Part shown: positions 8,819 through 17,999 of the stretch, one piece after another
How the letters are laid out: each line of letters begins with the position of its first letter
Position numbering within the stretch: position 1 is the stretch's first letter
IMG/VR virus record: IMGVR_UViG_3300048913_000213
Reading direction: 5' to 3' (one strand)
DNA: 46,523 nucleotides
Origin: a virus
Notes under the pieces: generated by a model
What the model was told of the DNA's origin: nothing
What the model saw: the letters and a program-made list of their open reading frames with translations, nothing else
Database searches by the model: none
Made by a program: the position numbers and the translations under genes

Positions 8819-9550
8819 ATGCCAACCTCTCCAACCCGCATGCCAAATGGCATGAATAACGCAGCCCCCGGCTCGACGATGGTGAATTCTGCCCAGCCGG
8901 ACCCTTCGGGCAACCATACGTTCTTTGACGAGTTCGACTCGTTTGCCACTGCAAACTGGACCATCACCAACGTCGGCGTCACACCGACGAATGCCCTGAC
9001 CTCGGAAGACGGCGGCGCCCTGCTGACGACCACCACGACCGGCGCGGCAGATGCTTCCTACCTCCAGCGCACCGTGGCGACGTTCAAGATTCAAGCCGCG
9101 CGCCAAGCCATGTTCAAAGCAAGGCTGAAGCCTTCGGACTCACTGAACAGTGACATCTACGCTGGCATGATCGCCTTGTCGGCTACGCCACTGGCCGCCG
9201 CCGAAGCTCTGTACTTCTTCAAAGCGGCTGGCCAGCGTAACTGGGTGCTGCGCTCGGTACTCACCGGCTCGGTCACGGACCTGGCACTGCCGGCGGCTTG
9301 CGTCGCAGCAGACAACACCTACACGGAAGTCGGTTTCGCCTTTGACGGCCGGGATCTGTACGCTTACTTCAACTCCCAGATCGGTACGCAGACCTTCAAC
9401 CCTGCCACGATGAACCGGGACTACGTGGCTGTGGCTCGTAACGTCAACCTGAGCACCGCGCTCATGAGCCCAAGCTTCGGCATCCGCAACGGCGCCGCTG
9501 CTGCAAAAACCTTGACCACCGACTATCTGCTGGTATCGTACGAACGCTAA
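8819..9550 (+). CDS. Hypothetical virion protein (243 aa)
   Basis: ORF in the structural operon. No motif recognised. Confidence 0.5.
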   Translation: MPTSPTRMPNGMNNAAPGSTMVNSAQPDPSGNHTFFDEFDSFATANWTITNVGVTPTNALTSEDGGALLTTTTTGAADASYLQRTVATFKIQAARQAMFKARLKPSDSLNSDIYAGMIALSATPLAAAEALYFFKAAGQRNWVLRSVLTGSVTDLALPAACVAADNTYTEVGFAFDGRDLYAYFNSQIGTQTFNPATMNRDYVAVARNVNLSTALMSPSFGIRNGAAAAKTLTTDYLLVSYER

Positions 9551-9594
9551 GTCGCTGATCGTTATCGTAACTGTAACCTGAAGGAATCACTGCT

Positions 9595-10002
9595 ATGGCA
9601 AACTCGTCCTCCGTCCAAGTCCTCATTGACGGCCCTCGCAATGTGAGCATCAAGTACGAAGGGGTACTCGACAGCGGCGATCTGGCCTATGCAGTGATTC
9701 TGGACCCAGCAACCCTCGCGGGCCTGGACAATACCGGCACGCTGAAAGCAAAGAACTTCCGCATTGAGCGGGTGCAGTACAGCATCGAAGATAACCTCTC
9801 GGTGAATTTGTTCTGGGACGCGGCTACTCCGAAGCGGATCGAGGAACTCGTCGGTCGTGGCTGCCAGAAGTACGAAAGCTTCGGCGGTCTGGTGAATAAC
9901 GCGACGAGCCCTTCCGGCAAGATCGGCGCCTCGACGGAAGGCGCGGCTGCGGGTTCCATCCTGAGCTTCACCGTGTTGATTTCTTTGATCAAGACGCAGT
10001 AA
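9595..10002 (+). CDS. Hypothetical virion protein (135 aa)
   Basis: ORF with a CTGAAGGAA leader similar to those of the capsid genes. Confidence 0.5.
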   Translation: MANSSSVQVLIDGPRNVSIKYEGVLDSGDLAYAVILDPATLAGLDNTGTLKAKNFRIERVQYSIEDNLSVNLFWDAATPKRIEELVGRGCQKYESFGGLVNNATSPSGKIGASTEGAAAGSILSFTVLISLIKTQ

Positions 10003-10013
10003 CGGAGGGCACG

Positions 10014-10151
10014 ATGAACTCGAAAGCCAAAACCCCCTCTCGTCCGGCCCCGGCCTCGCTGCCGAAGCGCAGCATGGCTGAAATGGCTCGGCTGATGCAC
10101 CAGCGTAGCGGCGGCATCGCCAAAGGCAAACCTCCAGCAAAAGGGAAATAA
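10014..10151 (+). CDS. Small basic protein (45 aa), absent from the ORF track
   Basis: Hand translation gives MNSKAKTPSRPAPASLPKRSMAEMARLMHQRSGGIAKGKPPAKGK. GGAGGG lies 5 nt upstream, and the stop is 1 nt before the next ATG. Confidence 0.35.
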   Translation: MNSKAKTPSRPAPASLPKRSMAEMARLMHQRSGGIAKGKPPAKGK

Positions 10152-10152
10152 C

Positions 10153-10875
10153 ATGCCGACCAGTGGCACTACTACTTTTCAGATGACTCGTGATCAGGTG
10201 ATTGCGGCTGCTCTGCGGGGTCTGGAAGTCTACGGCCCGGCGGATACGCCTACGGCTTCGGACATCACGAATTGCACTGAAGCGCTGAACATCCTACTCA
10301 AGTCCTGGGGGGCGAAAGGCTTGAACCTCTGGACGAACGTCGACCGGAGCCTGGCGATGGTCAGTGGCACCGGTGCGTATGATGTCGGGCCGACAGCAGT
10401 AGCTCCGGGGCTGACGGCAAACCTGCCACTGCGCATTGTGGATGCCTTCTTCCGTGTGGGGACTACCGATACGAAAGTCCAGATCATCAGCCGCTATGAC
10501 TATGACGTGATTGCGAACAAGTCTGCGCAAGGAACGCCTTCGCAGCTCTTTTACGATCCGACCATTCCGAATGGGAAGATTTACCTGTCCCCAGTTCCAA
10601 ACAGTGGCGCCGGTGTGCTGCACTTCGTCTCTCAAGACCCGATCCAGGACGTAGGAGCTTCGACCGACAACCCGGCCATTCCTCAAGAGTGGTATCAGTT
10701 GCTGAAGTGGGCGCTGATGGATGAAATCGCTATCGAGTATGGCTGCCCCTCGACCGTGGTCCAGCTTGTTGCGCAAAAAGCGAAAGCTCTGCGTGACGAA
10801 CTCACTGCCTATGTGGCACAAGTCTTTGGCGGCCCAATCGAACCCGACGCGAAACCTCGCATTGAAAGAGCTTAA
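10153..10875 (+). CDS. Head-to-tail adaptor-like protein, paralog 1
   Basis: 240 aa. The N-terminus MPTSGTTTFQMTRDQVIAAALRGL...CTEALNILLKSWGAKGLNLW is clearly paralogous to the next ORF. Position before the hub protein suggests an adaptor or tail-tubular-A-like role. Confidence 0.45.
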   Translation: MPTSGTTTFQMTRDQVIAAALRGLEVYGPADTPTASDITNCTEALNILLKSWGAKGLNLWTNVDRSLAMVSGTGAYDVGPTAVAPGLTANLPLRIVDAFFRVGTTDTKVQIISRYDYDVIANKSAQGTPSQLFYDPTIPNGKIYLSPVPNSGAGVLHFVSQDPIQDVGASTDNPAIPQEWYQLLKWALMDEIAIEYGCPSTVVQLVAQKAKALRDELTAYVAQVFGGPIEPDAKPRIERA

Positions 10876-10880
10876 CAATC

Positions 10881-11582
10881 ATGGCTACCAGCGGAACCTA
10901 TGCCTTCACCGTTACCCGTGACGACATCATTAACAGTGCATTGCGGCTGATCAAAGCTCAAGGCGAACGTGATATCGCGGTCGGTGCACGGCTGAACAAC
11001 TGCGTGCAGGCACTGAACGTCATGGTTAAGGCTTGGGTGATGAAGGGACTGCCGCTGTGGTGTGTGCAGGATTTGCCTGTGCCAATGGTTGTCGGGCAGG
11101 CTGCTTACAGTATCGGCCCTGTGACCAGTAACCCTCGGCCATGGCGGATTCTCGATGCGTATCTGCGGGACGCGACTGGCAATGACGTATCGCTCAGCAT
11201 CACTAGCCGTTACGACTGGGATACGCTGGGCGACAAAAGTTCTCCGGGTGTGCCGAATCAGATCTTCTACGACCCCCAGCTCAACAACGGCATTGTGACT
11301 GTTTACAATGTCCCTTCGGATGCGAATCACACAATGCATCTGGTGATTCAGCGGCAGTTCCAGGACTTCAACCTCGCCACGGACAACCCGGACTTCCCGC
11401 AGGAAGCCTATCAGGCGTTGAAGTGGTGCCTTGCGGCAGAGCTCTACCCGGAACTCGGGGACCTGCAAAACCAGTCCCTGCTTCAGCTCGTCACCATGCA
11501 ATCGAAAGCGTACCTGGAAGACCTCTTTAACTCCTTCCAAGAGCAAGTCTCTGTAACCTTCACTCCTTCCGAACGGAGCTAA
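10881..11582 (+). CDS. Head-to-tail adaptor-like protein, paralog 2
   Basis: 233 aa, MATSGTYAFTVTRDDIINSALRLI...CVQALNVMVKAWVMKGLPLW. The DNPxFPQE.YQ.LKW motif is shared with paralog 1. Confidence 0.45.
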   Translation: MATSGTYAFTVTRDDIINSALRLIKAQGERDIAVGARLNNCVQALNVMVKAWVMKGLPLWCVQDLPVPMVVGQAAYSIGPVTSNPRPWRILDAYLRDATGNDVSLSITSRYDWDTLGDKSSPGVPNQIFYDPQLNNGIVTVYNVPSDANHTMHLVIQRQFQDFNLATDNPDFPQEAYQALKWCLAAELYPELGDLQNQSLLQLVTMQSKAYLEDLFNSFQEQVSVTFTPSERS

Positions 11583-11586
11583 CTTT

Positions 11587-12984
11587 ATGCGACTTCCAGT
11601 TGCCTGCCGCATCGCTACTCGTGACGGCACCCTGACAAAAGACTCCAAGATGGTGAACTGCTTCTCTGAAGCCGACCCTGACGGCGGCGTGAATGTGGTG
11701 AAGCGGCCAGGGACGGCCCTTGTCCAGAGCTTTGGTGCGTCCGTGGCACAAGTCGGATTCGCTACCGGCGGGGCTGCATTTGGCGTCTTTGGCGATACGA
11801 TCCGTGGCCTCAATGTTGGCTTCACTCTGGCGCTGCCTTCTCCGGTGCTGCCAAATCTTCGAATGAAGGCCTCGGATGCGAACTTCCTACCCAGCAATAC
11901 CGGGATCAGCTTCATCAAGAGCACCCGCGCGGCATGGGCTTTCGACTTGGCGAGCTTCGGCGTGACCAAAGTCACGGATGCGGATTACCCTTCCCAGACT
12001 GTCCCAGGCTTCGCCTACCTCGACGGCACCTATTACGTGATGGATGCGACTGGCATCATCTACGGGTCCGACATCGAGAACTCGCTGTCGTGGAATGCAC
12101 TGAATTTCATCGCAACTGATCGGGGGCTGGGCATTGCCATCAGCATCACCCGGCACCTCAACTACGTGCTGGCGCTGTGCGACTTCGGATTGCAGTTCTT
12201 CTACGACGCGGCAAATGCCACGGGCAGTCCGCTGCTCCCAATGCCGAATAGTACCTGCACTGTGGGCTGCGCCCATGCGGATAGCGTGGCCAGTATCGAA
12301 GACATGACCATTTTCATGTCGAAGAATCGCCAACGTGGTCGGAGCATCTCCGCGATCAGCGGGCTGGGAGTTCAGGCAATCTCGACCCCCTTCATCGATA
12401 AGATCCTCAACAACGATGACCTGTCTTCGGTGTGGGCTTACGGCATCCGCGTGGCAGGCCATTCGTTTTATGTCTTGACCCTCGGGACCAGCAATGTGAC
12501 CCTTGTCTGCGACCTCACCTCCCATGAGTGGGTGCAGTGGGCTTCTGGGGCTTCCGGCAACTCCGCCTTCAATGGTGCCTTCTACTGTCACGCCGAGGGC
12601 AACGCCCTCCCGGCCACGCAGGACTTGCTGCTCAACCCTACTAACGGCTCGGTTTACAGCTTCCTGCCCTCGACCTACACCGATGTGGAAAGCTCCATTT
12701 GGTGCCAAATCGATACCCCGATCTGGGATCAAGGCACCATCGACAGTAAACGTATTGCTCGGGTCAACCTCATTGGGGATACTGTCAACTCCAGTGTTGC
12801 AATGTCCTACAGCAAGGACGATTATCAAACCTATTCAACTCCGGTGTCGATTGACATGTCGACTGAGCGCAAGCTCGCAACCCGCCTCGGCAGAAGTCGT
12901 CGTCGCAGTTTCCGCCTGACCCACAACGCGAACACTCCGCTGCGGCTGAAGGCGATTGAAATCCACCCGGACCCAACAGTTTAA
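11587..12984 (+). CDS. Tail hub protein, P22 gp10-like (packaged-DNA stabilisation protein)
   Basis: 465 aa, similar in size and position to P22 gp10. The C-terminal pattern RRRSFRLTHNANTPLRLKAIEI resembles the gp10 end as I remember it (RRLIGFKLRVITKSPVTLSGCQIRLE). Recalled from memory, not aligned. Confidence 0.45.
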   Translation: MRLPVACRIATRDGTLTKDSKMVNCFSEADPDGGVNVVKRPGTALVQSFGASVAQVGFATGGAAFGVFGDTIRGLNVGFTLALPSPVLPNLRMKASDANFLPSNTGISFIKSTRAAWAFDLASFGVTKVTDADYPSQTVPGFAYLDGTYYVMDATGIIYGSDIENSLSWNALNFIATDRGLGIAISITRHLNYVLALCDFGLQFFYDAANATGSPLLPMPNSTCTVGCAHADSVASIEDMTIFMSKNRQRGRSISAISGLGVQAISTPFIDKILNNDDLSSVWAYGIRVAGHSFYVLTLGTSNVTLVCDLTSHEWVQWASGASGNSAFNGAFYCHAEGNALPATQDLLLNPTNGSVYSFLPSTYTDVESSIWCQIDTPIWDQGTIDSKRIARVNLIGDTVNSSVAMSYSKDDYQTYSTPVSIDMSTERKLATRLGRSRRRSFRLTHNANTPLRLKAIEIHPDPTV

Positions 12985-12997
12985 AGGAACCTCTATC

Positions 12998-13954
12998 ATG
13001 AGCCTATTGAGCAGTATTGGCAGCGTTGCTGGTGGCCTGATCGGAGGCCCAGCCGGTTCGGCGATCGGCGGTTTGCTGGGTTCTGCCCTTGGCGGAGATG
13101 GCAAAGGCTCGACCGGTAGCGGAGCTTCGCCTGCAGCGGTAGCCGATCCCTTTGCTTCGCAACGCCCGCAGTACCAAACCCAGCTGAACGACTTCATGAA
13201 GACGGCTTCGGGGAGCAGTGCGGCGCTGCAACAGCAACAACAAATCGCACAGTACAGCGGCCTTGATCCGAATGCTTCGAACACGATGCGCGGCATCATG
13301 AACCTTGGCGGTACGGACGCCGGGAATCAGCTCGCCGCTATGACCGCGCCGGGAGCGAAGTTCGACTCCAGCGACCCGAGCTACCAATTCCGCTTCGACC
13401 AGGGCCAGCAAGCCGTGCAACGAAGCGGTGCGGCAAAAGGCCTGCAGGGCAGTGGGAATATCCTGATGGCTCTGCAGGACTACGGGCAAGGCGCGGCTTC
13501 ACAAGAGTACCAAGCCCAATTCAACCGTCTGTCGTCGCTGGCGCAGTATCAGCAGGGCTACCAAGCCCAGCAATACAACCAAGCTCTGCAGTTCAACAAC
13601 CAGAACCTCAGCGCTCTGGGACAGCAGTTCAACCAGCAAGGTCAAATCTACGGTCAGCAGGAAAACAGCTACCAGAACGAGTACGCTCGGCTGGCACAGC
13701 TCGCTGGTGCGAACATCGGTTCTCCGGGCCAAGCGGGTCAGCTGCAACAGCAACAGCAAGCGGGAGCGGCTGCATTTGCGCAATCCGTCACCCCGGCGAT
13801 TTCGGATCAGATCAAGAGCTGGTTCGGACCGTCGAGCGGTAGTGGCAGCAGCGGCAGCGGCTCCAACCCGTTCATCCCTTCGTCGATTACTCCGGTTGAC
13901 AGCAGCTACAACAGCGGCTTCAGCTTCACGCCGGAAGTCTTCACGAGTAGCTGA
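12998..13954 (+). CDS. Internal virion or ejection protein candidate with a glycine zipper and a Q/N-rich region
   Basis: Start moved to ATG 12998 to avoid overlapping the hub gene. N-terminus is SIGSVAGGLIGGPAGSAIGGLLGSALGG. It is followed by long Q/N/Y-rich low complexity and an SGSGSSGSGS tract. Confidence 0.45.
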   Translation: MSLLSSIGSVAGGLIGGPAGSAIGGLLGSALGGDGKGSTGSGASPAAVADPFASQRPQYQTQLNDFMKTASGSSAALQQQQQIAQYSGLDPNASNTMRGIMNLGGTDAGNQLAAMTAPGAKFDSSDPSYQFRFDQGQQAVQRSGAAKGLQGSGNILMALQDYGQGAASQEYQAQFNRLSSLAQYQQGYQAQQYNQALQFNNQNLSALGQQFNQQGQIYGQQENSYQNEYARLAQLAGANIGSPGQAGQLQQQQQAGAAAFAQSVTPAISDQIKSWFGPSSGSGSSGSGSNPFIPSSITPVDSSYNSGFSFTPEVFTSS

Positions 13955-13961
13955 TTTCGGG

Positions 13962-13987
13962 GCCACATTACGGCTGTGTAATGTGGC
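13962..13987. repeat. PIR copy 4
   Basis: GCCACATTAC-ggctgt-GTAATGTGGC, perfect, flanked by GATTTCGGG and TCTAAAACC. Ends 30 nt before the ATG at 14018. Confidence 0.9.
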
Positions 13988-14017
13988 TCTAAAACCCTTA
14001 CCTTTTCGGACTCTTTC

Positions 14018-15418
14018 ATGGACCTGAACGCCGCTTTCCAAACCTTCGCGGCGGCCCAAGTGGCCGGCCAGCAGATTAATGCCGACTTGCAGTCCAAGCG
14101 GGAGGAGAGCGACCTCCGGCAGCAACAACTGCAAGCGGCGAAATTCCAACTGTCGTCGCAAATGCAGCAGCAAGAGCAGCAACAGCGCTTCCAGCAAGAA
14201 TCGCAAAAGCTCATTGCGGAGCATGATTCGGCACTGAAACAGCAACAAGTCAACTCCGGCACGGCGCCGGATGATGCTGCTGAGGCTCAGCTCACTTCCA
14301 GTATCGACATGTACCAGAAGCAAGCCTCTGCGGCGATTCGCTCGGGGCTGCCTTCGACTGCTGAGCAGTACCAAAAGCTTGCCGATGCCGCGCAGAGCAA
14401 ACTCTCGACCATCCGCAAGGACAACTTCGCTATCGCAGAGAAGAAGGTCAAATCCACGGCGGCATTCGCTGGATCGGTGCTGGATGGCAGTGTGGATGCG
14501 CAGCAAGCGTTTGCCTGGGTCAAGGATAATGTCGGGCTCAAAGAGGCCTTGGCGATTCCGACAGACCCGGCGAAAGCTAAGCTCTACTGGCAGGCAGCGC
14601 AGAAGCAAGGAGTGAGCGCAGAGACTCAAATCCAGAACCAAATCCATGTGGCCGAGGTCGCGGAGCGGGAGAAGCGCCTCGCCCAAGATCACGCTGACAC
14701 GCAGGAAGACCGTCGGATTCGTCGTGCAGAACTCGCCGCGAGTCGTGAAGCAAACCTGGAGATGCGCAAAGCTAACCTCGAGCTGCGGCAAAAGCAGTAC
14801 GAAGAGGGCGGCGCGATCCAACGTCGCCAGACAATTGCTGCCACAAACTACGCAAACGAAACCGCTCGAGGCCTGAACCTCGTTTCCAGTCTCGGTGCGA
14901 ATCAAACTGTCGGTGTGTTCGCCCACATGCAGAATCCTGACACGATCCTCAAGTCCCTCGAGAGCACTGGTACGAACAAGCTCACAGGTGAAATGGAGCA
15001 AATTTACCAGACCGCGACGAAGGGCTTAGGGCTGGAACTCGCTCAGCTCGCAACTGCAGGCAGCGGTCGCGCTCCGGTCAAGGATCTGATCAACGAAATG
15101 GGCACCATGGTCGAGGCTCGGAAGGGCGATACGGAGCTGGAAATCATGTTCAAACTCGCTAATGCAGCGGACTTTGCAAAGGTCCGGCTCGAAGCCGTTC
15201 CTGATAGCCCCGACCCGAAGATCCAGGCTATTCGCAAAAAGGCGGAAGAGGAGCTGTCGAAGTTCCCGCATCCGTCTCAAGTGGTTGCGCTGGCCATGAA
15301 AAAGGGCGCGAAGCTCCAAGGCAAAGCCCGGATCGAGTCGCTGCGGGAAAAGCTCGACCGCTCCACGGCCTCGGAAGCCCCAAGCGACATCGCCGACCTT
15401 CTCAACAAGTACAAATAA
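14018..15418 (+). CDS. Internal virion or ejection protein candidate (coiled coil)
   Basis: 466 aa, Q/A/E/K-rich and helical. Its position corresponds to P22 gp7/20/16 or the T7 gp14-16 block. Confidence 0.45.
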   Translation: MDLNAAFQTFAAAQVAGQQINADLQSKREESDLRQQQLQAAKFQLSSQMQQQEQQQRFQQESQKLIAEHDSALKQQQVNSGTAPDDAAEAQLTSSIDMYQKQASAAIRSGLPSTAEQYQKLADAAQSKLSTIRKDNFAIAEKKVKSTAAFAGSVLDGSVDAQQAFAWVKDNVGLKEALAIPTDPAKAKLYWQAAQKQGVSAETQIQNQIHVAEVAEREKRLAQDHADTQEDRRIRRAELAASREANLEMRKANLELRQKQYEEGGAIQRRQTIAATNYANETARGLNLVSSLGANQTVGVFAHMQNPDTILKSLESTGTNKLTGEMEQIYQTATKGLGLELAQLATAGSGRAPVKDLINEMGTMVEARKGDTELEIMFKLANAADFAKVRLEAVPDSPDPKIQAIRKKAEEELSKFPHPSQVVALAMKKGAKLQGKARIESLREKLDRSTASEAPSDIADLLNKYK

Positions 15419-15430
15419 GGAACCTCAGCC

Positions 15431-17356
15431 ATGCCTGATATGACTGCTGCCTACGAGGCATTGCGCAAAGCGGATGCTGCTGGTGATACGACTAGCGCAA
15501 AGAAGATTGCGGATTACATCCGCAGCCAACCCGGTGCGGGGGAAAGCCCAAGCGAAGGAGTGCAAAGCGTTGCGGTGCACCCGGCGGAGATGGCTGCCGA
15601 GGCCGGGAAGGATGCCGGGAATTGGTTTTCGAGCAATGAGCCAGAAGACATGAGCCTGGGCAAGCTCGGTGGGGAGGTTGCTGGCGGGGCGGCAGGTGGC
15701 GCCGTGGCCGGTGCCGTGCTTCCGGGGACGCTGAAAGCAGCTGGCAAAGTCGTGCCGGGGGCTGTTGGGAAGCTCTTCAGCGGCCTCGGCGAGGCTGCGA
15801 GTGCTCTGCCGCTGAAGGAACGGGTGACGCGGGGTGCGGGTGGCGGGGCTGCAGCCGGTGCGGTGGATGCTACGGGCCGGGCTTTCGGCGCACCAAAAGC
15901 AGCAACCTTCGCCGGGGAAATGCTGGCCGGCGGGCTCGGAGAAACCGCGGCGAGCTTTCTGCAGAAAGAGGCATCGCAACTCGGCCGCTTTGTTGCGAAC
16001 ATCAGCTATGGGAATGTGGCTGGGGCCTCAAGGGCCCTCGGCGGGATGCTCAGTCCGAACCGCCCGCTGAACGAATCGGTGGCGCGAAAGCTCCAGCAGA
16101 AGCTTTTCGGAAACCCGACTGATTCGTATGTCGATGGTTTGGTGAGCAGTGATAACCGGATTGCGGTGCAGGAAGCGCTGCGGAAGGCTGATCCGAGCCT
16201 CAACAGTGGCGGTCCGAGGGCTGCGGATGCCCCGAGGGCACCTTGGGAGACCTCGACAGGGGAGATGGAGGGGCTCGGCCCGCTCTCACGCGGGACTGAT
16301 GTTGCGGCCGCAGGCGGCGCGTCGCGCAATCCGCTGACCCCACCGGTTGCGATTGGTGGGCCAAAGGCACTGCCAGGACCGCAAAGCGGTGGCGCGGGCT
16401 CCGACAGAGCTTCCGCAAGCGGAAGTGCCGGTGCGGCGGAGCGCTTCGCTGCAGGCAAAGCCGGTGCGAAAGCTAAAGCCGAGGCGACTGCTGAAGCAGC
16501 GCGCAAGGCTGAAGCCGATGCCGCGGCCAATGCGATGCGGCCAGCATCAGCCATCTACCGTGAGCGGATGCAAGCCGGGGTGACAGAAGCCGTGAAGCAA
16601 GGGAAGACTTTTTCCTCGACGCCGGAGTTTGCGACACTGAGCGAGAAGCTTGGGGCGATGGAGCAGCTGGGGAGTATCACGAAAGCGGACAGGGAGCGGC
16701 TGCTCAAGACGCTGAGCGCGGACAGACTGAAGAATCCGCAAGTTCAAGAGGGGTATGCTAAAGCGGTGGACGATCAAATTCGGAACTGGGGCAAGCCAGC
16801 TGAAAGCGGCGGGCAGACCGGCGCGGCTGCAGTAAGCGCGAAGACGGCTGAGGAGGTGCGCGGGGCACTGCGTGAAGCATACAATGGCTACACTGCGAGG
16901 CTGGGCATGGGGGATATTGAGAAAAAGTACCGCAATGCCTATTCGCAGGAAATGATCGCGCAAGCCAAAGACGAGCTGCCGCACTTCCTTTATGGGTTTG
17001 GCTCGACGCAAGAGTTCCAAAAGATGGCTCGGAATCTTGCGCGCGATCCTGAAGGACTGCCGTTCATCCAGAAAGCGATGGCGCAACACCTCGCACAGCA
17101 AGAGCCGAAGGCTATCACGAAGGAGTTTGAGCGGTTGCAGAAGGTGCTTGTGGATAGCAAATTGGCGACGCCGACGGAGCTGCGACAGCTACGGGTGAAT
17201 GCGGAGACGGTGCAGCGAGCGAGCGAGCGCGGCGAGGGCTCGGTGGTGAAGCTGGGGCAGCGGTTCCAGCAGTTGCTGTTGATGGCGATGGCGCGGAATG
17301 CGGCTGCAGCGGGCGGGCAGAAGGTGGCGGGGGCACAGGGAGAGGGGCGGGAGTAG
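15431..17356 (+). CDS. Internal virion or ejection protein candidate (Ala/Gly-rich)
   Basis: 641 aa with long A/G-rich N-terminal tracts and a helical C-terminal half. It is the last gene before non-coding island A. Confidence 0.45.
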   Translation: MPDMTAAYEALRKADAAGDTTSAKKIADYIRSQPGAGESPSEGVQSVAVHPAEMAAEAGKDAGNWFSSNEPEDMSLGKLGGEVAGGAAGGAVAGAVLPGTLKAAGKVVPGAVGKLFSGLGEAASALPLKERVTRGAGGGAAAGAVDATGRAFGAPKAATFAGEMLAGGLGETAASFLQKEASQLGRFVANISYGNVAGASRALGGMLSPNRPLNESVARKLQQKLFGNPTDSYVDGLVSSDNRIAVQEALRKADPSLNSGGPRAADAPRAPWETSTGEMEGLGPLSRGTDVAAAGGASRNPLTPPVAIGGPKALPGPQSGGAGSDRASASGSAGAAERFAAGKAGAKAKAEATAEAARKAEADAAANAMRPASAIYRERMQAGVTEAVKQGKTFSSTPEFATLSEKLGAMEQLGSITKADRERLLKTLSADRLKNPQVQEGYAKAVDDQIRNWGKPAESGGQTGAAAVSAKTAEEVRGALREAYNGYTARLGMGDIEKKYRNAYSQEMIAQAKDELPHFLYGFGSTQEFQKMARNLARDPEGLPFIQKAMAQHLAQQEPKAITKEFERLQKVLVDSKLATPTELRQLRVNAETVQRASERGEGSVVKLGQRFQQLLLMAMARNAAAAGGQKVAGAQGEGRE

Positions 17357-17363
17357 TTATGGA

Positions 17364-17389
17364 GTCACGTTACTAGAAAGTAATGTGGC
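17364..17389. repeat. PIR copy 5 (flipped variant)
   Basis: GTCACGTTAC-tagaaa-GTAATGTGGC with left flank TTATGGA. This is the reverse orientation of the GTGAC-TCCATAA variant. Confidence 0.8.
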
Positions 17390-17413
17390 CCACTAACTCG
17401 CCGTCATTACCAT

Positions 17414-17439
17414 GCCACATTACGGCGCGGTAATGTGAC
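17414..17439. repeat. PIR copy 6
   Basis: GCCACATTAC-ggcgcg-GTAATGTGAC followed by TCCATAATGG. Confidence 0.9.
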
Positions 17440-17946
17440 TCCATAATGGACCGAGCGGCGGAGCTTTTGCGTAGCGAAAGGCAAGACAGCTCGGCTCCGG
17501 GGCGCTCCTCTACCCCGCCGCTACCCTGCCGACGATTCGCGGCGAGCTAGCCGGCGGTCGCCCTAGCGCAAGCGGGGGATTGGGCTGAAGGAAGAAGAAG
17601 AGGAGCGCGGCGGGTGGAGGCATGAGCGGGAGCGGGCCTCCGATCTAGCTTTCGCTCCGCAAAAGTTCACGCGCAACTTATAAGAAGAAGCGCGACGCGG
17701 CGACAGCTTAAGAAGAGCAGCGACCCCCTTATAAGAGGCCGCCGCCGAGCCCGGAGCTAGCCGCGCCCACCCCCTTAAGAAGGTGTGCAGGAGGGGGGGA
17801 GGCAACCACAATCCTATTGTAATGATTTTCGACCTCCGTGTCAAGAGCTAACCTGATGCGCCCCGGTTGACCTCCGCAACAGCCGCCGCGACACTTCTTC
17901 TTAAGGGGGTGCGGGCGTGGCTGAGCGGCCCTCGTCCCATTTTCGG

Positions 17947-17972
17947 GCCACATTACACCGGCGTAATGTGGC
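17947..17972. repeat. PIR copy 7
   Basis: GCCACATTAC-accggc-GTAATGTGGC, perfect, flanked by ATTTTCGG and CCCATAAC. Ends 27 nt before the ATG at 18000. Confidence 0.9.
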
Positions 17973-17999
17973 CCCATAACTACTACGGAGTACTTCAGT

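Larger units (their letters stand above)
17357..17999. other. GC-rich non-coding island A
   Basis: 643 bp with only R/P/G/A-rich spurious ORFs. Bounded by PIR copies 5 and 6 on the left and copy 7 on the right. Contains iteron-like CTTAAGAAG repeats and a 21-bp inverted repeat. Confidence 0.7.

Noticed and set aside
13499-15001. A 500-aa ORF on the minus strand. Similar long antisense ORFs occur at 5378..6628, 19443..20735, 22009..22989, 29909..31456 and 37141..38427.
   Set aside because: They are antisense to genes with strong motif support or clear operon context. They are R/L/H/G-rich, lack RBSs, and would break the strictly two-armed strand organisation. These are typical shadow ORFs of GC-rich DNA.
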